The notes below the pieces were generated by a model, which saw nothing but the letters and a program-made list of their open reading frames with translations, was not told the DNA's origin and searched no databases. 64,000 nt of DNA from a virus (taxonomy: Duplodnaviria > Caudoviricetes), in IMG/VR virus record IMGVR_UViG_3300033074_001484, positions 116,351 through 180,350 of that record. One strand, written 5' to 3'. Position 1 is the first letter of the stretch, and each line of letters opens with the position of its first letter. Below are positions 50,320 to 60,311 of the stretch, one piece after another. A program made the position numbers and the translations under genes.

Positions 50320-53300
50320 CTACCCAACATATAATTCAGAATCCCCCCACGGACTGACATTAAGTGAATTTGGATTACTTTCATAAATTTCAACAATAGG
50401 ACCACCATCAACTGTATCGGGTGAATTCTGATTAAAGTCCGGGGCACTCATCTTACTCCCCAAAAATCTATGATTATTTTCCGGAGCATCTTCTTCATAT
50501 TGATACCCCCAATCTTCAAGGGATCGTGAATAATATAAATTATACGACATGGAGATTGCAGTATGCCACTGTTTCAAATATTGGCTGCCATATTCACCAA
50601 ACGCTCCATAATGATAAATGACTCTTTGATACCCACTTCGAGTTGATCCCCTCGCAATAACTGATTCTGTATGGCTTGTTGATCCTGAATAATTGTTAAG
50701 TTCAATTTCAATGACCCCACATATCTGCCGTGAATCTGCATTTTTATGTGATATTATGTCACATCCCACAGTAAACGGATCGGCTATCGATCCTGTATAA
50801 TATGAGTATAACATGCACAAGTTAAACGGATCGGCTATCGATCCTGTATAATATGTATACCCGATTTGTACCGCCATCGATGCAGTAAATGCAGCATCAT
50901 ATGTAGGAAATTCTCCCGACTGTGATAACTCATACGATAGTTCCTGTTCATATTGTGGATTCTCAATCGTAGGTCGTCGTGTTAATCGTACCTTTGACCT
51001 ATTAATAATATACGGTTCTATCAATATACCAACAATCAAATCAGCCTTTGCCGGTGTTAATTGTTTTACCTGTTCAAAAAATGTATAATCATATAATGAC
51101 AATAACCTTATCAATGAGTTTATATCATTTCTCTGTTGATATTTTTTCCAATATTCATTTGAAAACCGGGTTAATTCTAAATATTCTTCAGAAAATTCAT
51201 CTTCTGGGTCTGCAATTAGATAATCTAATTCACTGAAACCCATATGATTGAATATGTCTCGGTTGCTTTGATCCGCGACCGAAAATACAATAGCTAAACG
51301 ATTAGAATCATTTGTTGCATAGTCGTACTTTGCCTTAACACTTGTACCCGTTGGCGTTAAGTCCCGCAACAATCGGTTCTCATCCAACCGAACTTTTTCC
51401 GAATGTAAAGTATTACCCCCCAGTGTTGGAGTGTATATATAAAACGTTTCTTTAACTGCTGAATATTGTGCAGCTTGGCTACCACTAAAATTATAAAAAC
51501 TGGCAGTGGTATCAAACGAAGCTACTCTATTTGGATGTGACGATGATACCTGTGTATATGTAGAATGGTCCCACCGTTGAACATCTTGCCCAAATGGATA
51601 ATATCTAAACAATGTATAATATGATGACGTTGGGGCATTGCTATGATACGCCGCCGGATTCAATATATGCGAATGAAATGTACGTGCGTCAATGGGTTCA
51701 AAATATTCTTTATACCCATCCATTTTACCAATAAACCGATTAGAATTACTACCGGTAGTTCCTCCTATCAATATGATATTTGGAATATCCACTGACCCGC
51801 TTTCCGCACCCCACCCATACCGCATATCATTTGACGTAGTGAATGAAAAAGATTGCGTGTGTGAAATTCTCCCATATAATCCATCAATCACTTTTCCAAC
51901 ATCAAAACTAATTGACTGGCTATGATATGTATCCGTTATCGGTGATGTTGTTTGGATTTTTACAGTCCAATAATCCCTATCGTATAGTGGTAATAAACTA
52001 CTGCTAACTTGTTGATATACAGGAGAACTTCCACTAATTGTTGCCATCGTGAAACGTAAAAATCCATACGCACTTGATCCCGATATTTCCGAAATTCCCA
52101 ACGAGGCAGTGGCATGTACAATTTCCAAATTAGCTTTGACGATGGACCTATCAGCCCCATCTTCAATGGCCCACAATGACATTGAGACTGATGACGAATA
52201 TTGTGTATTAAATCTGAATATTACAGTATCCGGTACACGTGAAACGCCGCCCCAACTTCCAGATGATATATTAATTAATCGACGGGGAAGTTCAACATAC
52301 TGACTTCCTGATAAATTTAATGAATAAAAATATCTATCCTCAATAAGAGTTGGTTTATCAGTTTCTACTGATGGACCCCCATATTCTTTAACTGAAATTA
52401 ATGTTTGCGGTACCCCATAAATTGATAATAGTGCTCTGACAGATCGTATGGTACCCTTAGTTTTGTACAGGTATGGTAAGTTGTTGACGATTCTACGCCA
52501 CACCATTTTCGTTTGAAGCTCATGTGGTAAATATTCAGAACTTCCAGTGTTTAAAACCTTTCCATCCGACTGAGTTCCAAGTTTATATAAAAATATATTT
52601 GATAATTGTCGAACATTTTGTAATCTCCACCCATATGATTTTGCAACATGGTATAATAAATCATTGCTCATACCACGTTCATAATGTTCGTCTCTCTCGT
52701 GTATTTGTGTTAATGCTCTGACATATGAATATATGTTGTCAAAGTGCTGGCCAACCATATGCACAAATGATACATATTCACTACTCTCCTCATCCATTAA
52801 CACATGTTCCGGAATGGACCATACCAACATGTTCATGTTTCCTTGGTCATAATTCTGTGCATAGGCCAAACTGCTACTTGACCATGTTTGTGCAATTGAA
52901 CTTGTTAAATGATGTAGTACATATTCGCTATTTTGAAGGTATTTTGGATACGGCTGCATTGATCCGCTGAAATCATGTGTAAATATGCTTCCAGTGGTAT
53001 GGTAATACATCCATTTTTCAAACCAATCAAATGAAGTTTTCAGGGTATTGATACGGCCCTGATGTATTCCAATTGACTGTGATACATGCGCAGTATTTGA
53101 AGCGGTTGAGTCAGTTAAAATTGAAATTTTATTTTCATAATCCTCTATCATGGATAATTTGTAAATAAAATTATTTATACGCTCATATGCACTTGAATAA
53201 AACACATAATTTGAAAAATCGGAAAAATCTATATTCAATGTAGCGGTACCGCTACCAGACACACTACTATCAAGTATTTGTTGTGTTATAGGGAGATTTG

Positions 53301-54084
53301 TATCTAAAATATCATCCCACGATTTGTACGTTGTCGAATTACTATTGAAATAGGTGGTATCAATATCAAAATTTGGCCCACGCATGGTATTGGCCACACC
53401 ATCGGATGTATCCGATACCAAAATTACTGTATCAGAATACGTATCAGCACATTCATAATTAAACCACGCAGTATCATAATCTGATATGTCATCTGATAGT
53501 GGATTTATGAATTTGACATAAAATATGTCTGGATTGAATTTATCAATCTTAAAATTACTAATATGAAATAATCTATTGTATCCAAAATTGAGAACAACAT
53601 TGTGAAGGGTCTCATTTGATTGATACGCAGATATTGCAGACACAAATGTAGAATACTCCCCACTTGATATCACTGAGGGGGTCAACTTAAATTTCGCTTC
53701 AGTACGATCAGGACTGGTTTCAAGTAATACAAACGGAGGCGATGTCACATCCCCGAATACAGGTGATAAAAGATTTATATTGACTACATAACTCCCTCGA
53801 ACAATATTTGCAGATTTAAATACCGATGCTAAATCACATAATAAACTATTCGATTTTTTATCCCATCGTATAAAATTTGCACCGACATGATTTCCAGTTA
53901 AATAATCACCATAAAAGGAATATATATGTATCTCAGGATAAAGTTTTGACTCTATATTTGGGTCATCAAAATGGTATTTACCATTGACAAGAAGTAATAA
54001 GTCTTCATTAGACAATACTTGCCCATATTGAGGTATCCTCAATGCTAAAATCGATTCCTTATTTATGAACCTATTTAAACTCAT
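50320..54084 (-). CDS. large baseplate wedge protein (gp7 / P2 gpI-like)
   Basis: 1254 aa; GQHFD, WRRI-x-NNLPYLYKTKGT-x2-S motif; baseplate cluster. Confidence 0.7.
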   Translation of the reverse strand: MSLNRFINKESILALRIPQYGQVLSNEDLLLLVNGKYHFDDPNIESKLYPEIHIYSFYGDYLTGNHVGANFIRWDKKSNSLLCDLASVFKSANIVRGSYVVNINLLSPVFGDVTSPPFVLLETSPDRTEAKFKLTPSVISSGEYSTFVSAISAYQSNETLHNVVLNFGYNRLFHISNFKIDKFNPDIFYVKFINPLSDDISDYDTAWFNYECADTYSDTVILVSDTSDGVANTMRGPNFDIDTTYFNSNSTTYKSWDDILDTNLPITQQILDSSVSGSGTATLNIDFSDFSNYVFYSSAYERINNFIYKLSMIEDYENKISILTDSTASNTAHVSQSIGIHQGRINTLKTSFDWFEKWMYYHTTGSIFTHDFSGSMQPYPKYLQNSEYVLHHLTSSIAQTWSSSSLAYAQNYDQGNMNMLVWSIPEHVLMDEESSEYVSFVHMVGQHFDNIYSYVRALTQIHERDEHYERGMSNDLLYHVAKSYGWRLQNVRQLSNIFLYKLGTQSDGKVLNTGSSEYLPHELQTKMVWRRIVNNLPYLYKTKGTIRSVRALLSIYGVPQTLISVKEYGGPSVETDKPTLIEDRYFYSLNLSGSQYVELPRRLINISSGSWGGVSRVPDTVIFRFNTQYSSSVSMSLWAIEDGADRSIVKANLEIVHATASLGISEISGSSAYGFLRFTMATISGSSPVYQQVSSSLLPLYDRDYWTVKIQTTSPITDTYHSQSISFDVGKVIDGLYGRISHTQSFSFTTSNDMRYGWGAESGSVDIPNIILIGGTTGSNSNRFIGKMDGYKEYFEPIDARTFHSHILNPAAYHSNAPTSSYYTLFRYYPFGQDVQRWDHSTYTQVSSSHPNRVASFDTTASFYNFSGSQAAQYSAVKETFYIYTPTLGGNTLHSEKVRLDENRLLRDLTPTGTSVKAKYDYATNDSNRLAIVFSVADQSNRDIFNHMGFSELDYLIADPEDEFSEEYLELTRFSNEYWKKYQQRNDINSLIRLLSLYDYTFFEQVKQLTPAKADLIVGILIEPYIINRSKVRLTRRPTIENPQYEQELSYELSQSGEFPTYDAAFTASMAVQIGYTYYTGSIADPFNLCMLYSYYTGSIADPFTVGCDIISHKNADSRQICGVIEIELNNYSGSTSHTESVIARGSTRSGYQRVIYHYGAFGEYGSQYLKQWHTAISMSYNLYYSRSLEDWGYQYEEDAPENNHRFLGSKMSAPDFNQNSPDTVDGGPIVEIYESNPNSLNVSPWGDSELYVG
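50772..50855. repeat. 33-bp direct repeat with 51-bp period
   Basis: taaacggatcggctatcgatcctgtataatatg at 50772-50804 and 50823-50855 (YYTGSIADPF twice). Confidence 0.85.
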
Positions 54085-54911
54085 TCTTTACTTTCATATT
54101 CAGCCTTTGCTGCTTCTGCTTCCGCCTTTGCCGCCTCAGCTTGTGCTTTAACAGCTTCTGCTTCCGCAATTGCAGCGGCAGATGCAGCGGCGGCTGCTTC
54201 TGCTTCCGCCTTTGCCGCCTCAGCTTGTGCTAATACCATATTCACCTGTTGTGTCATATTTTCAGATGCAGCAGCTAATAATTCATTTGCACTTTGCGCA
54301 TTTGCATTCAATTCTTCAAGAATTTCAGCGTTGGTTTTATCCTTGTACGCCTCTATCCATGCAGATGATTTATCGGCAATTGCACCTTCTTTTTGTATAT
54401 CGTTACACAATGTATCTGATAATACCCTAACTGATAATAGTGTTTCATTACGCTCGGCAAGCATCACTTCAAGCGTTTTATAGTTCGGTATCTGCCGGGC
54501 TATACCATTACTTACAATGTAATACGTATAATTTTCTTTTGATTTGGGTAAACTATCTTCGGATACACATCTAAAAATAATACCGTCCATCAATGTAAAC
54601 GGTTCAGGCTGTGCCGGGATCGACTCAACATAATACTCAAAATCTATTCTGTTGTTATTTTTTAATGAGGTACTATCTACCACAGTCTTTTCCGGTATAA
54701 AATTAAGATATACCCTGTCCATATTAACATTTACAATGTAAGCATTTGCACCATTGCGATTTGACATGGGATACGTTTCAGAATTTATTTGATATTGCGA
54801 TTTGGAATCAATAGTTTGTCCTTCAATATCCAAACGATTTACCACTAAATCTGACGTGGATTTATTACGTGAAATATATATTATATTATTTAATATTAAT
54901 TCATCTGTCAT
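54081..54911 (-). CDS. hypothetical protein with an Ala/Glu-rich C-terminal coiled coil
   Basis: 276 aa; AQAEAAKAEAEA repeated (39-bp DNA repeat at 54109-54147 and 54193-54231). Confidence 0.7.
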   Translation of the reverse strand: MTDELILNNIIYISRNKSTSDLVVNRLDIEGQTIDSKSQYQINSETYPMSNRNGANAYIVNVNMDRVYLNFIPEKTVVDSTSLKNNNRIDFEYYVESIPAQPEPFTLMDGIIFRCVSEDSLPKSKENYTYYIVSNGIARQIPNYKTLEVMLAERNETLLSVRVLSDTLCNDIQKEGAIADKSSAWIEAYKDKTNAEILEELNANAQSANELLAAASENMTQQVNMVLAQAEAAKAEAEAAAAASAAAIAEAEAVKAQAEAAKAEAEAAKAEYESKE

Positions 54912-56032
54912 ACTCTAACAACCTTAAATTGCATTTCTTGCGTGAAATAATTAATCGATCCAGAATTTTCAACACGAACTGCTATGCGATAATATCTTTC
55001 AGGCATAAACGATGACATGTCCAATGTTATATAATTTCCCCTACTATCGGATGAAATCTTTGTACCTATTATGTCATATTTCAACACCTCAACATCTGTC
55101 GCAGTATCATATATTGCAAGATATGATGTTTCTGGAAGTTTGTATGTTGTAGAATAATGATGTTGCGTTGTATATTGTCTGGTCGGAAATACCGGCCTGA
55201 CTGCTAAATAAATTTTTGCAATTTCTGACCGATTGTACGTGTGCTTTAAATTTACTGGATATACGAGATAATCATAATTATCTATTACATCTATTGCATT
55301 ACTTTGTGTAAACGTGTTCCAATACGCATCTATTTTTGGGATGAATATTGTGTGACTTTCCCGTGAGAAAAATTGTATTTTCCCCATTTGCGATGAGTTG
55401 GTTTCCAACAACGACGGGTATTTTATTATAAAACCATTATTGGGAATTTCCTCTGATATCCATTTATTCACAATGTCCGTCACATCCATTCTGACATCAG
55501 AAGTGTCCAATGAAAATGATTGTGAGCATTCAAAACCACTACCGGTATACCAAACACCACCACCTTGTATTGAATTGTATTCCAGAGCCGCATTACTGCC
55601 ACTTGGGGGAAGTGCCCACTGAGTTTTTTGATATCCGTTGTCCGAATATTTCCAACTCACCCCATCCTGTATATTTGGCCTACTATTTGAAAATCCTGTC
55701 CCATTGACCCAACTACTTGAAAGGGGATATGCCTTTATTTCATAATCGGTAGTATTATTATACGCATAAGTTGCATATAAATTTAAATAATATCTAACAC
55801 TTCCTGAAATTTCCCCGGAAGTTATTTTTTGTTTTATATCTGTAAAATCAAATTGAATTAATATTCGACTATTAGTAGTTGCTTCATTTGAAACAAACGC
55901 ATCCACAATAGATTCTATTTGTGATCCCGATGTAATTTTCCACAATTCAATTATTTGATCAGTTCCAGTATTCATAAGTGGGAACTGTTCATATACAGTG
56001 GCATCCTTACTTGGGTAAATTGATTTATACAT
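54908..56032 (-). CDS. structural protein with a DNRLRE/CBM-like beta domain
   Basis: KDATVYE...NTG...SRILIQFD...W-x2-GTG...DVTDIV-x2-W...NNGFIIK...FFSRE. Confidence 0.6.
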   Translation of the reverse strand: MYKSIYPSKDATVYEQFPLMNTGTDQIIELWKITSGSQIESIVDAFVSNEATTNSRILIQFDFTDIKQKITSGEISGSVRYYLNLYATYAYNNTTDYEIKAYPLSSSWVNGTGFSNSRPNIQDGVSWKYSDNGYQKTQWALPPSGSNAALEYNSIQGGGVWYTGSGFECSQSFSLDTSDVRMDVTDIVNKWISEEIPNNGFIIKYPSLLETNSSQMGKIQFFSRESHTIFIPKIDAYWNTFTQSNAIDVIDNYDYLVYPVNLKHTYNRSEIAKIYLAVRPVFPTRQYTTQHHYSTTYKLPETSYLAIYDTATDVEVLKYDIIGTKISSDSRGNYITLDMSSFMPERYYRIAVRVENSGSINYFTQEMQFKVVRV

Positions 56033-56043
56033 ACGAGTTTTTA

Positions 56044-56052
56044 AATAAATAG
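56044..56052 (-). promoter_or_regulatory. candidate late promoter CTATTTATT
   Basis: Upstream of start 56032. Confidence 0.6.
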
Positions 56053-56060
56053 GACGCCGA

Positions 56061-56312
56061 CTATTTTTTAATCCGCCGGAGCTTCAACGTTTTACACACC
56101 ACAAATTCATTAGAACGTTTTGGGTCAAACACAGCAGACTCGCCATTAAATGGATTTGTAATTTTAAAATGAGGATTTTTAATGTCTCCACTTGGAACCT
56201 TACTATACACCAATTTATATTTGCGAATTATAGACCTAATGCGTTTTTCATATTTAGACCATTCACGCCTATTCTCACCCAAAACATCTTGCATTAGCTC
56301 TTTCAATTTCAT
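56061..56312 (-). CDS. small basic hypothetical protein
   Basis: 83 aa, MKLKEL...VLGE. Confidence 0.6.
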   Translation of the reverse strand: MKLKELMQDVLGENRREWSKYEKRIRSIIRKYKLVYSKVPSGDIKNPHFKITNPFNGESAVFDPKRSNEFVVCKTLKLRRIKK

Positions 56313-56389
56313 TTAAAAATCTTTTATCTGTTGTCCACCACCCTTTGCTATCTTCGTCCCAAATAAATTTAATATTGATTATCAATGTT

Positions 56390-58258
56390 TTATATGTCGT
56401 TGACCCTCCCAACAATATCTCTATTTGGAAAGCGCACTTCAAATATGCACGGGTCTACACTTGGATATAGAATACCATTACGTGTTGCAGTGTCAATATT
56501 ATAAACATTACCGGAATACCCTCTATTAACATCAAAAAGGTTCACGAATTTTATCTTTTGAACAGTTTGAACACCGTCCAATTTATCCAATTCGGTGTAC
56601 AATTTAGATAATATAATCGGCCCATTTATTTCCATTTTATCATTATGGGTCAATTCCTTCATTCTATTTATGCAACGCAACAGAACTTCTCCTGAATTTT
56701 CCTCTGGACGAGTGATAATGTCAAATTCGATACCAATATTAATAATAAAAGGATCGATAATATTAATGGCATCTGTCATTAATCTATATTGACGCAAATA
56801 TTGCCGTAGATTTTCTTTTATGGCCGGGTTTGCATGTACAAACCGGCCATTATTATCATACGTTAATATGTAAAGATTAATCCCATGCGGGTTTAATTGT
56901 CTCTCCGCATTCCAAGGAGAGACTTGTGTATCTTGTTCAACATACGCCTTTGCCACACCTCCAAATTTAGGTGGCATTGTAAAACAGCGTAAAATATAAT
57001 CCTCTTTGGTCACCGCACGATTCTGTGCTGCAAAATGTGCCATAGCCTCATGACGCACAACGTCCATAGGACGACGATCCATTCCGCCAAATGCCGGATA
57101 AGGATTATTAACTCCAATACTGGATCGTATTACATTTAATATAGAGGCATCTGTATCTTCAAGAGGATTTACGATATCAATTGAATTGATTGTGGTAATT
57201 GTGTTTGAATTAACATTATCACTCATACCATTAACCTTAGCATACCTAACAGTAAGCGTTGTATTGTACGGAACTTGCCCATACGTGCGAGTGTATAAAA
57301 AATTCATAGGATCAACCGATACATCAGTGCTCCGTTCAAAATAATTCATACCAATTCCAATATTCATAGGATTTGGTATTATTTCCTCGTCCGATTCACC
57401 ACCAATTCCACTTCCAAATTGAATTTCTATACGATCATCCCGGCGCAAACGAGTGACGTACCGTCTGTCGACTTTCTGATATGTAAGTAGGTATGGTACA
57501 CTGCTTCTATAATTTGATAAATACGGATCAGTATATGGAACATTTCGTATTGGTATAGGAATCATGTCCTGTGCCATAAATTGTACTTCATGCCATTTAT
57601 TTCCGCTTGAATCGTAAATATCTACCACTTCAGACACATCTGTGTCATTTATAACAATCTTATCATGCAATTTTGGGTCTGTAAATGTATATTCGGCTGT
57701 AAAAATCTGTCCGGAAATCGCTTTAACTGTTTTTCGCAACAGATAATATTCAATACTACCATCATCCGTAACTGAATGTACAGATATATGTGTCGGATCG
57801 AATGAAGATGAGAACCTAAAATCTACCGGATCAACTGTCCGAAAATAATGTTCATTGTCGGCACTAACGACCATATTAGGTTCAATTAGTAAAGCATACG
57901 TATAATCGGGGCGAGTATCATTTCCCTCACCAATTGAAGGTATTAATTGATACACATCAAGTTCAACAGATGATGGTACATAAGTTTTTATTTTATACCC
58001 CATAGCTTGGGATATATTATACAAGTTTATTTTTTCCTCAACTGTTGATAATAGAGACTCTTGCAATTGAATATCGCCATATGCAGACAAAACATCCCCA
58101 ACATATGCCGCCATTTCAATAAACATCATACCGGGATCAGATTCATTAAAATCTGAATATGTGCGGGGAAAATAGTTTTTCGCATAATTGATAAGGGCAT
58201 CTCTGTACTCAGCGAAGTCCTTATTGAGATATCGTATGTCACGTTTTAACTTAGCCAT
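56390..58258 (-). CDS. baseplate wedge subunit (T4 gp6 / BplJ-like)
   Basis: YLNKDF, DFNESDPGMMFIEMAAYVGD, FG-x-G, QNRAVT-x2-DY. Confidence 0.9.
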   Translation of the reverse strand: MAKLKRDIRYLNKDFAEYRDALINYAKNYFPRTYSDFNESDPGMMFIEMAAYVGDVLSAYGDIQLQESLLSTVEEKINLYNISQAMGYKIKTYVPSSVELDVYQLIPSIGEGNDTRPDYTYALLIEPNMVVSADNEHYFRTVDPVDFRFSSSFDPTHISVHSVTDDGSIEYYLLRKTVKAISGQIFTAEYTFTDPKLHDKIVINDTDVSEVVDIYDSSGNKWHEVQFMAQDMIPIPIRNVPYTDPYLSNYRSSVPYLLTYQKVDRRYVTRLRRDDRIEIQFGSGIGGESDEEIIPNPMNIGIGMNYFERSTDVSVDPMNFLYTRTYGQVPYNTTLTVRYAKVNGMSDNVNSNTITTINSIDIVNPLEDTDASILNVIRSSIGVNNPYPAFGGMDRRPMDVVRHEAMAHFAAQNRAVTKEDYILRCFTMPPKFGGVAKAYVEQDTQVSPWNAERQLNPHGINLYILTYDNNGRFVHANPAIKENLRQYLRQYRLMTDAINIIDPFIINIGIEFDIITRPEENSGEVLLRCINRMKELTHNDKMEINGPIILSKLYTELDKLDGVQTVQKIKFVNLFDVNRGYSGNVYNIDTATRNGILYPSVDPCIFEVRFPNRDIVGRVNDI

Positions 58259-58261
58259 TTA

Positions 58262-58732
58262 TCATGTTACCCCATATGATATAACACCATTATCGCCAAA
58301 AAATGTAATTGTTCTATTTGCACCATGCTCATATACCCTAAATTGTATTGTAATATGAACGGTGTTACTCTTTTCAACAGGCGACACTCTGTCAACCAAT
58401 TCTGAGTTTATTGATATAGAATCGTTTATAATATACGGCAACCACCGCGCCGACTGTGTCATTATCTCATACTCAATTCTACTATGTAATTGTGGGGTAT
58501 CATTTTCAAATAACTTTTCCTGAATTCCTATACCATATTGCGGCTGCATATATCGCTCACCACGACGGGTAAGTAATAAATTTATATAGTTACTAACTGC
58601 TTGATCCTCAGTAGTATGTGACATATTAAATATTCCCGATGCTGCATTTGTACGCAAAGCATTCATAGGAAGTTTTATACCCAACGTCGCATATGCACGT
58701 TGTGTGTCCGCTGGATAATATTTAATATTCAC
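58262..58732 (-). CDS. baseplate wedge / sheath initiator (T4 gp25-like)
   Basis: NLLLTRRGERYMQPQYG-x-G-x4-LFE motif. Confidence 0.9.
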   Translation of the reverse strand: MNIKYYPADTQRAYATLGIKLPMNALRTNAASGIFNMSHTTEDQAVSNYINLLLTRRGERYMQPQYGIGIQEKLFENDTPQLHSRIEYEIMTQSARWLPYIINDSISINSELVDRVSPVEKSNTVHITIQFRVYEHGANRTITFFGDNGVISYGVT

Positions 58733-59240
58733 CCATATCCCCCTTCGCTAATTCTGGATTGTTTCTAAATTTTTCAGCCTTTTCATCCGCCAATTTCAAT
58801 AGTGGTCTATAATCCTTCATAAAATTAGACATAACAGCCTTGACCGTTTTATCTACTTTTACAAGTTTACCCTCGACACCCTCAACATACCCTTCGGGTA
58901 CAACAGAAACTTCATCCAATGTTTCTGTTTCTGAAAATCCCTCAGTATTTAACAATACCTCTTTAAGTATTGGATTTTTAATACCATCAAATTTTACAGA
59001 TGTGGCTTTTTTTGAATACAAATCCTTCAAATCATTTATCGTTCTGTTCCCTGCCTCAGATATAGGTTTGGAAGTTATAGAAGGACTATCGGGTACTACT
59101 TGTGTATTTCTCATCTTCAGAGAATACTCCAACAACTCAATTTTCAAATCCTTATACACTTCAGCCATAATGCGTGGTAGTTGTCGGTTCACTTCGGAAC
59201 GAATCAATTTACGAAGTAATTTAACTGTTGAACTTTCCAT
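58722..59240 (-). CDS. hypothetical protein
   Basis: 172 aa, KLIRSEV leader, own TATTTAT motif. Confidence 0.65.
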   Translation of the reverse strand: MESSTVKLLRKLIRSEVNRQLPRIMAEVYKDLKIELLEYSLKMRNTQVVPDSPSITSKPISEAGNRTINDLKDLYSKKATSVKFDGIKNPILKEVLLNTEGFSETETLDEVSVVPEGYVEGVEGKLVKVDKTVKAVMSNFMKDYRPLLKLADEKAEKFRNNPELAKGDMGEY

Positions 59241-59253
59241 ATAATGTGTTTTT

Positions 59254-59262
59254 AATAAATAT
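59254..59262 (-). promoter_or_regulatory. candidate late promoter ATATTTATT
   Basis: Upstream of start 59240. Confidence 0.6.
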
Positions 59263-59264
59263 AA

Positions 59265-60311
59265 TCAACCTAAAAATTGTGAAAATTTGACCTTATGACC
59301 GCTGAAACTGCCCATATTGGTAGATGTTGCAGTTGGTCCCGCACTCGTCATATATTGTGCTTGGGCTGATACTAATGCAAACTGTAAATCAAACCATGCT
59401 TTTAACCAGTCCATCAACGTATCCAAATCAACTTTATATTTAGCACTTTGAAATACAACGGTCTGGCCGGTTACCACCGCCCCACTATTCCCAATTAAAA
59501 ATGCTTTGTTTTTCTTAGCATTCAAAATTACACGATCTGAATCTATTACAACTTGGGCACCGGCCCATGATGGTGCTGAAATGGCGTCTGGATGTTTCTT
59601 AAATCCAACATTTAATTTTGGTAATTTTTGCGTAGATGTTATGTATATACTACTTTCATCACTACTTAAATCTTCAATGGTATATCTACTGTTTCCGGTT
59701 TGTAAATAATTTACAACCCCACCTGTTGGTTTTTTTACACGTAAAATAGTAATAGGGTCAGTATTTGCGCCACCGGACCATGTGGGGGTTTTATCATAAA
59801 TAGACATATCACCCTGTACAGTTGACCCAAATCGAAGACTTTGCCCAAACCTACCCTCATGGATATCATCCCCCTCAAAAGGTTGAATGTTATGTGTTTT
59901 TTTTGGCTGTTTTGGAAAAGTATAACCGGGTTCGTGAAAATCCACCTTGCGCTTACCCTTTGGTGGGTCCATTTTTGAAAATCCACGTGTCCATGACATC
60001 GGAATCATATGCAATACCAAATCATCAGTGGCATTTATAGGATTCCAGTAAATGTATCCGGTATCTTTGGTAAGGTCATTTTTAACGTCACTAATTGGCG
60101 CGTTCATGCATACCACATGCTCGCCAATCAGAGGAATTCTCCGATTCCATGCTGCCGGTCTTGCATAATCATTTCTAACATTTCCAAAATGTGAATGTTC
60201 GCCACCAAATCGTATTTCAACGCTGCCCAGTGGAAGTGGGTTCCCAAAATCATCTGTCTGATTTGGTTTAAAGGCTTTTTTGGTTTCAACAACCTCGGCA
60301 AAAAATATCAT
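59265..60311 (-). CDS. baseplate central spike / hub (gp5 OB-fold-like)
   Basis: PLIGEHV OB-fold motif; EGD-x3-EGRFGQSLRFGST; QVVIDSDRVILNAK; lies upstream of gp25. Confidence 0.65.
   Translation of the reverse strand: MIFFAEVVETKKAFKPNQTDDFGNPLPLGSVEIRFGGEHSHFGNVRNDYARPAAWNRRIPLIGEHVVCMNAPISDVKNDLTKDTGYIYWNPINATDDLVLHMIPMSWTRGFSKMDPPKGKRKVDFHEPGYTFPKQPKKTHNIQPFEGDDIHEGRFGQSLRFGSTVQGDMSIYDKTPTWSGGANTDPITILRVKKPTGGVVNYLQTGNSRYTIEDLSSDESSIYITSTQKLPKLNVGFKKHPDAISAPSWAGAQVVIDSDRVILNAKKNKAFLIGNSGAVVTGQTVVFQSAKYKVDLDTLMDWLKAWFDLQFALVSAQAQYMTSAGPTATSTNMGSFSGHKVKFSQFLG

Noticed and set aside
10040-50855. Diversity-generating retroelement (template and variable repeat pairs)
   Set aside because: The repeat pairs are identical or differ at one synonymous site, all copies are coding, there is no adenine-specific mismatch pattern, and no reverse transcriptase is present.
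56313-56389. Plus-strand TTG...TATCTTCG as an antisense host-type promoter
   Set aside because: It mismatches TAnnTTTG, the spacing is short, and there is no plus-strand gene downstream.
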